Positions 16,718-23,748 of a DNA stretch of 26,904 nt are shown piece after piece; the first letter of the stretch is position 1; each line of letters starts with the position of its first letter. The translations under genes were made by a program, and so were the position numbers. Source of the DNA: Dehalococcoidia bacterium UBA5627 (GTDB lineage Bacteria; Chloroflexota; Dehalococcoidia; Dehalococcoidales; UBA5627). The stretch is taken from NCBI GenBank assembly GCA_002421585.1, contig DIKD01000006.1, positions 1 through 26,904 of the forward strand. The letters run 5' to 3'. A model generated the notes under the pieces. It made no database searches, was not told the origin of the DNA, and was given only the letters and a program-made list of their open reading frames with translations.

Positions 16718-16838
16718 ATTAGATACCGTCCGCATTCATTTTTAGAGATATCACTATATTCTGCTCTATTAAAGCTATTATAACGATAACAAAAAAAATC
16801 ATCAAGAAAATCTGTTATAAAAATATATACCAATATTT

Positions 16839-16867
16839 TTGCCCTTTGTCCTGAGTATTAGTATAAT
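16839..16867 (+). promoter_or_regulatory. Sigma70-type promoter for moaB-moeA
   Basis: TTGCCC (16839-16844), 17-nt spacer, TATAAT (16862-16867). Confidence 0.6.
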
Positions 16868-16896
16868 GAATTACAAATTAAAGACAGGATAAAGAA

Positions 16897-17400
16897 ATGG
16901 GATATCAGGAACATAAACATCATGTGCCGGTTATTGTAAATTGTGCTGTAGTTATTATTTCCGGTTCAAGAACTGAACAGACAGATGAATCCGGAAAATA
17001 TCTAATGTCGCGCCTTAAGGAATGCGGGAATAATGTTACTGCGTATTCGATTATAAAAAATGATGCAAGCGCAATAATTGATACTATTGATAAAGTCTTC
17101 AAAGATGGTTCTACACAGGCAATAATTACCAGCGGTGGGACAGGCGCAAGCCATATGGATATCACCATCGAAACAGTATCTCCGTTATTGGCGAAAAAAA
17201 TGGATGGCTTCGGGGAACTATTCAGGAATCTCACCTATCAGGAGATAGGCACCGGAAGTATATTAAGCAGAGCAATGGCAGGGATTATTGAAGGAAAGGT
17301 TATTATCTCACTTCCTGGCTCCTTGGAGGCTGTTAAGTTGGCGATGGAAAATATAATCATCCCTGAACTATCTCATCTTGTAAGAGAGGCATCCAGATGA
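16897..17400 (+). CDS. moaB: Molybdopterin adenylyltransferase, MoaB/MogA family
   Basis: MGYQEHK N-terminus, TDESG, ITSGGTG..DITIE, GFGELFR, LSRA, SLPGS, PELSHL. Confidence 0.92.
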   Translation: MGYQEHKHHVPVIVNCAVVIISGSRTEQTDESGKYLMSRLKECGNNVTAYSIIKNDASAIIDTIDKVFKDGSTQAIITSGGTGASHMDITIETVSPLLAKKMDGFGELFRNLTYQEIGTGSILSRAMAGIIEGKVIISLPGSLEAVKLAMENIIIPELSHLVREASR

Positions 17401-18608
17401 ACATTTTTGAAACTCCCCCCTGCTATAATGAAGCCGATAGCTATGTTTATGCGGCTATAAAACCGGTATCAAGAATTGAGTCTGTTAATCCGGATAAAAG
17501 TCTTCACAGAGTACTGGCGGAAGACATTACTGCATTGAAAAGCATCCCCCCGTTCAATCGTGCTCTGAAGGATGGCTATGCCGTAAACGCAAAGGATACC
17601 GCCGGAATTTCTGCAGACAATCCGAAAATATTTGAAATTATCGATTATCTATATGCCGGGGGCGTATCCAAAAAATATGTTTCTGAAAATGAATGCGTAA
17701 GTATTACCACCGGTGCTATAATTCCGGGCGGTGCCGATGCTGTTGTTGAAATTGAAAAAACCGGCATTGAAAACGGCAGGTTATGTATATATGAATCTAT
17801 AGGTTACGGAGATAATATAGAATCTGAGGGGCAGGAAATAAAAAAAGGCAGGATTCTCCTAAAACAGGGAATCTTCTTAAACCCCTCCAGAATAGGATTA
17901 TTAGCGAGCCAGGGAATTTCTAAGGTAAGAGTTTATGAAAAACCGAAAGTCTCTATTATTTCAAACGGAGAAGAATTGAGTGGTATCGATGATATACTAA
18001 AAGACGGACAAATATACGATATCAATTCATATACTGTTGCCTCTATCATTGAGGAAAACGGCTGTTTGCCTCTAAAATTCGGGATAGTCGGTGATAATCC
18101 TTCGCAAATCAGGTATGTAATAGAAGAGGCTTTAAAGGTTTCAGATTTTGTATTCATTTCAGGCGGTTCTTCTAAAGGCGATAAAGATTTTCTTACTGAA
18201 ATACTACAAAAACTGGGCAGGATTCCGTCTTTCAAGATTAAGCAGGCAAACGGTAAATCCGGGATATTTGTTCTTTCCGAAGGTAAACCGATACTGGGGA
18301 CGCCCGGATTTCCTTCTTCATGTCTGATAAATGCCTACGTTCTGCTTGTACCGGCATTAAGAAAGATGGCACAGATTCCGTGCATTTATAATATGAACTA
18401 TACCGCAAAACTGAGTGAAAAAATAGATGTTTCAAGTAACGTTACAGGGCGTTTTTTACCTGTAAAAATTGAAGGCGACAGGGCTTTTCCGCTAGCAAAC
18501 GATGATAAAGGATTGGTCAATATTGCAAAAGCGGATGGTTATGTTATTTTAGATGACGAAACCGCAACCATCGAAGAAGGGGCTGCGGTTTGTGTAAACT
18601 TGTTTTAG
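17397..18608 (+). CDS. moeA: Molybdopterin molybdo/tungstotransferase MoeA family, with several degenerate motifs
   Basis: VLAEDI, PPFNRALKDGYAV, ITTGAIIPGGADAVV, SNGEEL, DINSY, SGGSSKGDKD, GTPGFP, ADGY. ATGA overlap with moaB. Confidence 0.88.
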   Translation: MNIFETPPCYNEADSYVYAAIKPVSRIESVNPDKSLHRVLAEDITALKSIPPFNRALKDGYAVNAKDTAGISADNPKIFEIIDYLYAGGVSKKYVSENECVSITTGAIIPGGADAVVEIEKTGIENGRLCIYESIGYGDNIESEGQEIKKGRILLKQGIFLNPSRIGLLASQGISKVRVYEKPKVSIISNGEELSGIDDILKDGQIYDINSYTVASIIEENGCLPLKFGIVGDNPSQIRYVIEEALKVSDFVFISGGSSKGDKDFLTEILQKLGRIPSFKIKQANGKSGIFVLSEGKPILGTPGFPSSCLINAYVLLVPALRKMAQIPCIYNMNYTAKLSEKIDVSSNVTGRFLPVKIEGDRAFPLANDDKGLVNIAKADGYVILDDETATIEEGAAVCVNLF

Positions 18609-18623
18609 GTTGTGTAGTAAACT

Positions 18624-19100
18624 CTACGGCCTGATATATGTTCCGCTTTTACCGCCGCTTTTCTTTTGCAGGCAAATACTTTCAATTGACATACCGCGGT
18701 CTATAGCTTTACACATATCATAAATAGTTAGAGCGCTTACGGCAGCGGCAGTCATTGCTTCCATTTCAACTCCGGTTTTTCCGGTGCTTTTCGCCATGGT
18801 TTTTATCTCGATGTAATCATTACCGATAAATTCAAAGTCAACAGCGATTTCGCTTACCAGTATAGTATGGCATAGAGGGATTAAATCAGGGGTTTTCTTT
18901 GCTCCCATAATACCGGCTATTCTGGCTGCTGCCAGAACATCGCCCTTTTTCATCTGGTTTTGCTTTATTTTTTCCAGCGTTTCGGGTTTCATTCTTACAC
19001 CGCCGGTAACAACAGCTTCACGAACAGTATCATCTTTGGGTGAAACATCGACCATTTTAGCTTCGCCCTTTTTATTTATATGGGTCAGTTCTTCAGTCAT
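18624..19100 (-). CDS. moaC: Cyclic pyranopterin monophosphate synthase
   Basis: LTHINKKGEAKMVDVS, KKGDVL, AKKTPDLIPLCH, TGVEMEAM, YDMCKA, KSGGKSG. Start moved to ATG 19100 behind GGAG/AGGA (ORF track gives 19133). Confidence 0.96.
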   Translation of the reverse strand: MTEELTHINKKGEAKMVDVSPKDDTVREAVVTGGVRMKPETLEKIKQNQMKKGDVLAAARIAGIMGAKKTPDLIPLCHTILVSEIAVDFEFIGNDYIEIKTMAKSTGKTGVEMEAMTAAAVSALTIYDMCKAIDRGMSIESICLQKKSGGKSGTYIRP

Positions 19101-19122
19101 AATCCTACTCCGATAAATATTA

Positions 19123-20106
19123 TTACCCGCCAATTTGCCACATTTGTCTCTTTTTCAAATCCATTTCGTCTGATTCAGGATGCTTTTCCTGTTTAATAGT
19201 TACCGCTTTTTTTATAACTTCCTCTAATTCTTCTATACCGGCACCTGCCCTCAATGGCCCTTTAATATCAATCTCGTCATCGCGGAGAAGACAGGGCATC
19301 AGACGGCCGTCGGCAGTAAGCCTAAATCTGTTACATTCGGAACAAAAGTTGTGACTCATAGCTCCTATAAATCCGACTGTGCCTTTTGAATTATCTAATT
19401 TATAATATTTTGCCGGTCCGTTTCCTGATGCAACGCCACAAGGTTCCAAATTTCCCAGACTATTTACAATCATATTTTTTATCTCATCGATTGCTATCAT
19501 CTTCTTCTTGTCTTCCGAGGAATCGGCAAAGGGCATGTATTCGATATAACGCACATTCCATCCGTTAGTGACGCTCTTTTTGGCAAAATCGATTATCTCA
19601 TCATCGTTGATGCCCTTAATAGGTACCATATTTATCTTTACCGGGTCCAAGCCTGCCTCAATTGCGGAATCAATACCTATCAGCACATCATCCAGATTAC
19701 CGCCGCCTGTAATATATTTGAACTTATCGGAATTAAAACTATCGAGACTGATGTTTACCCTGTTTAACCCAGCCTCAATTAGCTCATCGAGATATTTTTT
19801 CAAAAATACGCCGTTAGTTGTCAGGGATATGTCATTTATCCCTTCAATCAGATATAGAAGTTCTATCAATGCGCCGACATCCGGTCTGACCAGGGGTTCC
19901 CCACCGGTGATACGAAGGTTCTTAACACCCAGCCTGGCAGCCGCCTTCACAATTTTTTGAATTTCTTTATATCTTAATATATCGTCGTGATTTAAATGCG
20001 GCGCGAGGTGTGAATTGCAGTATATGCATCTCATATTGCAACGGTCGGTAATAGAAATACGCATATAATTGATATTACGATGATAAGCATCAAAAAGAGT
20101 TGTCAT
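19123..20106 (-). CDS. moaA: GTP 3',8-cyclase (radical SAM)
   Basis: RISITDRCNMRCIYC, LRITGGEP, NISLDS, FCSECNRFRLTADG..PCL, C-terminal MWQIGG. SD GGAGG. Confidence 0.97.
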   Translation of the reverse strand: MTTLFDAYHRNINYMRISITDRCNMRCIYCNSHLAPHLNHDDILRYKEIQKIVKAAARLGVKNLRITGGEPLVRPDVGALIELLYLIEGINDISLTTNGVFLKKYLDELIEAGLNRVNISLDSFNSDKFKYITGGGNLDDVLIGIDSAIEAGLDPVKINMVPIKGINDDEIIDFAKKSVTNGWNVRYIEYMPFADSSEDKKKMIAIDEIKNMIVNSLGNLEPCGVASGNGPAKYYKLDNSKGTVGFIGAMSHNFCSECNRFRLTADGRLMPCLLRDDEIDIKGPLRAGAGIEELEEVIKKAVTIKQEKHPESDEMDLKKRQMWQIGG

Positions 20107-20210
20107 GACGCCTCCGGCTTATTTTGATATTGATTGTTATTTTGCCTTACAAATGCTACTTAAATAAATACATCCCAAAGGAGGCATAATAAATCAACAA
20201 AAAATATTAT

Positions 20211-20312
20211 CCCCCCTTTCCAGACGCGGGCGGTATATAAGTTTCCCATATACCTTAACCGGCGGTAATCCATAAGCGTAAAGCTCTTAGGCACTTACAA
20301 CTCGAAGGGTTT
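20211..20312 (-). promoter_or_regulatory. Moco/tungsten-cofactor riboswitch (Moco RNA motif), P3-less variant, upstream of moaA-moaC
   Basis: The minus strand reads CCCUUCGAG, then the 11-nt tetraloop receptor CCUAAG/UAUGG (20291-20286, 20274-20270), a GAAA-capped hairpin GGUAUAU-GG-GAAA-CUU-AUAUACC, and the 3' CCCGCGUCUGGAAAGG motif. It sits in the moaA leader. Confidence 0.85.
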
Positions 20313-20353
20313 AGTTATTAATATCTTTTTAAGATTACCGAATACTTGTGTTT

Positions 20354-20382
20354 AATATACTATTATTAAGAAAACAAGTCAA
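20354..20382 (-). promoter_or_regulatory. Sigma70-type promoter for the riboswitch-moaA-moaC transcript
   Basis: Minus strand TTGACT (20382-20377), 17-nt spacer, TATATT (20359-20354). Confidence 0.6.
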
Positions 20383-20408
20383 CAATATACTGGAATGAAT
20401 ATACCCCA

Positions 20409-20436
20409 TTGAATGCAATATAGATTGTGATATAAT
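20409..20436 (+). promoter_or_regulatory. Sigma70-type promoter for the DegV gene
   Basis: TTGAAT (20409-20414), 16-nt spacer, extended -10 TGaTATAAT (hexamer 20431-20436). Confidence 0.5.
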
Positions 20437-20490
20437 ACAATCGCAACGATATATCCCCTGTATAATGTAGTCTTATTTGGGTGGTTTACC

Positions 20491-21396
20491 TTGAAACAGG
20501 TCTGTGTTATTACGGATAGTGTAGCGTGTTTAACCCATGAGCAGGCTAAAAAGCACAAAATAGAGATTGTCCCGATGAAAATACTCTACAATGGGATTAT
20601 GTACAGGGACGGAATCGACTTATCTTCAAAAGAAGCATATAGAATTCTGGGAAAAAGCCCGGATTCATTTTCTACTGCGCCCTCAAGCCCGATCGACTAT
20701 ATTGATATATTTACTGAAAAGGCGAGAAAAGGTTATGACATATTATGTATCTCTGTTTCCTCGCAGTTGAGTACTACATATAATGTAGCCAGAATTGCTG
20801 CCGATACTGTAAAGACGGAGGTACCAGACGCCCAAATTGAGATATTGGATTCAGCGACTGCCACGGCATCACAGGGGTTTATAGCGATGGAAGCGGCTAA
20901 AGTAGCTGCGCAAAACAAAGATTTGGTAAGTGTATTGAGTACGGCAAAAAATATAAGGGAAAGGGTTAATGTTTATCTGGTTCTTGATACTATTGAACAC
21001 GCCTATCGTACAGGTAGAATACCCAAAATAGCATCACAAATGGGTTCAGTGCTAGGTGTTAAGCCTTTAATAACAATAACTGACGGAGTGGTTCATTTTG
21101 TTAGCGCTGTAAGAAGCAGCAATCGCGGTGTTAGTAAAATGGTAGATAATATCAAACGTGATGTCGGCAGTAACAGTATTCATATGGCTGTAATGCATAC
21201 GGATATACCGGAAGAGGCAAACAAGCTCAAAAAGAGAGTGGAAAGAGAGTTTAATTGTAAGGAATTGTTTATTACAGAGGTTAGTCCGGTAATCGGGTAT
21301 TCTATCGGAAGAGGCACACTTGCCCTGGCTTATTATCAATTGCTATTTACCGGATTGCAGAGCAGCAAAGAAGCGGTCCTGGTACATTTCGAATAA
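20491..21396 (+). CDS. DegV-family (FakB-like) fatty-acid-binding protein
   Basis: VITDSVACL, YRDGIDL, STAPSS, SSQLSTTYNVA, LDSATATASQG, RTGRI, LGVKPLI, SPVIG. TTG start. Confidence 0.92.
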   Translation: MKQVCVITDSVACLTHEQAKKHKIEIVPMKILYNGIMYRDGIDLSSKEAYRILGKSPDSFSTAPSSPIDYIDIFTEKARKGYDILCISVSSQLSTTYNVARIAADTVKTEVPDAQIEILDSATATASQGFIAMEAAKVAAQNKDLVSVLSTAKNIRERVNVYLVLDTIEHAYRTGRIPKIASQMGSVLGVKPLITITDGVVHFVSAVRSSNRGVSKMVDNIKRDVGSNSIHMAVMHTDIPEEANKLKKRVEREFNCKELFITEVSPVIGYSIGRGTLALAYYQLLFTGLQSSKEAVLVHFE

Positions 21397-22047
21397 ACCC
21401 CAGTGTTGTAATTCTTTTTTTAAAGTACCCGGTGTAATTTCGCCCAGCGCAAGTTTATCAAATAATTCTTCTACTATTAATCGAGCATCATTCGGTATAC
21501 CCGAAGAATCAATATTTAATAAACCCATAGCCTCTAATTGGTTGAGATTATTATACAAGGAACTCTGAGTAAGTTCGTAAATGAATTTTAAAAGGGAAAC
21601 GTCCCAAAGGTCGTCCTGCCCTACTATGATGGCTGATAGATTTTCCTCTCTGCTTTCGATTTCTTCATTAAGTCTATCCACAACATTATGCAGGCATTCT
21701 GAAAGTATGGAGAGATTTTCCGATTGATTGCGATAAGAATAGTATATTCCGAGTGAGTCGGCGCCGTATAATTGGCCGATTTTGGAAAAATAATTCTTTG
21801 CTTCAGGGCTGAATCCTTCCAATCGGGACATATAATAGGGTGTTATTATTCTGGGTTTTTCCGCTATGACATAGCCCTGTCTTACTATCGTTTCGGTATT
21901 AGTTACTGCAAATTCGCTGTATATCGGTTCGGTAACCATATAATATTTGATATTAGTTTGCCCGAAAGTAGACAATTTCTGTTTTGGAAATCTTATTATT
22001 TTGGTATTGTCTGCCGCGTATCCTATTCTATCGTTGTAGGTACTCAT
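21343..22047 (-). CDS. Conserved-looking hypothetical protein
   Basis: Long ORF with protein-like composition (TFGQTNIKYY, LWDVSLLKFI, YQDRFF). Start at ATG 22047 (alternative GTG 22059). Follows the upstream gene closely. Confidence 0.75.
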   Translation of the reverse strand: MSTYNDRIGYAADNTKIIRFPKQKLSTFGQTNIKYYMVTEPIYSEFAVTNTETIVRQGYVIAEKPRIITPYYMSRLEGFSPEAKNYFSKIGQLYGADSLGIYYSYRNQSENLSILSECLHNVVDRLNEEIESREENLSAIIVGQDDLWDVSLLKFIYELTQSSLYNNLNQLEAMGLLNIDSSGIPNDARLIVEELFDKLALGEITPGTLKKELQHWGLFEMYQDRFFAALQSGK

Positions 22048-22069
22048 CTCATTTCTCACAACAACCGAT

Positions 22070-22660
22070 TTATTTTATTTCTTTCAGATTTTGTTTATAT
22101 TCATTCAGATAGTTGGTGTATTGACTATCGATTTGAACTAAAACTTTACTCCACTCTTCCTGGAACTGGGGCAAACTTTCAATATTTAGCTCGATATTGT
22201 TACCCGCTCCAACCTTTTGTGCAAGTGCCTGCTCAACTTTGTTCTGAAAATCGTTTTTTAGCAGTTCGTAGGATTGTTCTTTCTGTTGTTTACCCTGAGT
22301 ATTGTAATGTTCAAAGATATATTTAATCTTATCGAATACATCTGTTACTGCCTTTTTATCCTTTTTTATAAAAAGCAGGTTATTCATAGCTTTCTCATTA
22401 TTCTCTTTAAGAATATCGTTTTTAGGTAGGTTGATATTACTGATAAATACCTTCTCTGCACCTTGTAAAACGAACGGTCTTAATTTCTCATCATATTTCT
22501 CTATTCCGGATTTGATTTCCTTACCGTTATCCAGACATACTGCTGCCAGTTTCTCGCCTTCAGGTATGTATTTCCACTTTAATTGCTCTTCTTCAGAGGC
22601 CTCTTCGATTGCGGCAATCTTCTCCATAGCAATTTCGCGAAAGCTCTTGATATCTGCCAT
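22070..22660 (-). CDS. Helical hypothetical protein (N-terminus MADIKSFREIAMEK, reminiscent of DUF6657-type proteins)
   Basis: 196-aa ORF with ATG behind AAAGGA and charged helical composition. The family resemblance is from memory only. Confidence 0.7.
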   Translation of the reverse strand: MADIKSFREIAMEKIAAIEEASEEEQLKWKYIPEGEKLAAVCLDNGKEIKSGIEKYDEKLRPFVLQGAEKVFISNINLPKNDILKENNEKAMNNLLFIKKDKKAVTDVFDKIKYIFEHYNTQGKQQKEQSYELLKNDFQNKVEQALAQKVGAGNNIELNIESLPQFQEEWSKVLVQIDSQYTNYLNEYKQNLKEIK

Positions 22661-22840
22661 AATTCCAATCCTTTACAAGATATTCAGGGTAATGCTCTAT
22701 TTATACTATAACAAATAATTTCGTAATCATAAAGCTCATGTAAGAGTCCAATATGTTTCTGAACTTTTGCAGCTCAAGTAGACAGTTTTAATCCTGACAT
22801 AATTGATGTTATAATCTACGCAATATTGGAGGATGATGCA

Positions 22841-23746
22841 ATGTATTTCAATAATGCTCTCGAAGCCCTTGGGCATACACCATTGGTAGAACTGTCCGAT
22901 ATTGTAAAAAATAAAAAAGTTCATATATTAGCAAAACTCGAAGGACAAAATCTGGGTGGCAGCGCCAGTACTAAAGACCGCGTAGCGAAATATATGCTGG
23001 ATATGGCTGTAAAAACAGGACAGCTTAATAAGGATAAAACAATTATAGAAGCGACCAGCGGTAACACGGGAATATCGCTGGCTTGGCTGGGTAAAAAAAT
23101 GGGTTATAACGTCACAATCGTTATGCCGGAAAATATGAGTAAAGAAAGACAACAACTAATCAGAGTTTTCGGAGCCGAGCTTATTTTAACGGAAGCTGAC
23201 AAAGGGGTACTCGGTTCAATGAACACGGTTAAGGAAATGGTTTCTAAAAGCGATAAATATTTTATGCCCGACCAGTTTGCTAATCCGGCTAATCCGATAG
23301 CTCATTATGAAACTACCGGTGTCGAGATACTTGATGATTTTCCTTACGACAAAATAGACTACTTTATTGCCGGTATCGGAACAGGCGGAACCATTGTCGG
23401 GGTAACTAAAAGGCTAAGAGAAAAATTCCCTCAAGTAAAGACAATCGGAGTAGAACCGCCGCCCGGAGATTGCATTCAGGGGCTAAGATGTCTTGAAACA
23501 TTTATACCTCCCGTTTTGGATTTGAGTTTTGTTAGCGAGAGGGTATGCGTAACCAGCGGACAGTCCAATGAAGCTGTCAAAGCATTGTTGAGAACTGAAG
23601 GTATTTTTTGCGGGCAGTCCTCAGGCGCTTTGGTATATCAGGCAGTTAAAATTGCAAATAGTATTGAAGAAGGTAACATTGTCGTAGTACTTCCCGATGG
23701 TGGTTGGAAATACCTGAGCCTCGATTTCTGGACCGGACAGAGTTAA
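22841..23746 (+). CDS. cysM: PLP-dependent cysteine synthase family enzyme, CysM-like
   Basis: LGHTPLV, KLEGQN..GS..KDRVA, EATSGNTGISLA, QFANPAN, GIGTGGT, GQSSGA, PDGGWKYLS. Start moved to ATG 22841 behind GGAGG; extended -10 TGtTATAAT at 22807-22815. Confidence 0.85.
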   Translation: MYFNNALEALGHTPLVELSDIVKNKKVHILAKLEGQNLGGSASTKDRVAKYMLDMAVKTGQLNKDKTIIEATSGNTGISLAWLGKKMGYNVTIVMPENMSKERQQLIRVFGAELILTEADKGVLGSMNTVKEMVSKSDKYFMPDQFANPANPIAHYETTGVEILDDFPYDKIDYFIAGIGTGGTIVGVTKRLREKFPQVKTIGVEPPPGDCIQGLRCLETFIPPVLDLSFVSERVCVTSGQSNEAVKALLRTEGIFCGQSSGALVYQAVKIANSIEEGNIVVVLPDGGWKYLSLDFWTGQS

Positions 23747-23748
23747 TG

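Noticed and set aside
16719-16739. Six-codon upstream ORF (MNADGI) ending 1 nt before the apbE ATG
   Set aside because: It is too short to tell from chance and has no clear SD or regulatory codon pattern.
16750-16797. Possible ModE box upstream of moaB (ATCACTATATT ... ATTATAACGAT)
   Set aside because: Each half resembles the enterobacterial ModE consensus, but they are 26 nt apart instead of about 6-7, in very AT-rich DNA.
16957-16974. MoaB 'ISGSR' in place of the usual 'SD(S/T)R' as a sign of inactivation
   Set aside because: It is a single-base GAT-to-GGT difference and the GGTG and downstream Asp motifs are intact, so it could be tolerated or a sequencing error.
21772-22326. Minus-strand 184-aa ORF in another frame across two hypothetical genes
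   Set aside because: It overlaps two more protein-like ORFs on the same strand and has atypical Cys/Tyr/Arg-rich composition.
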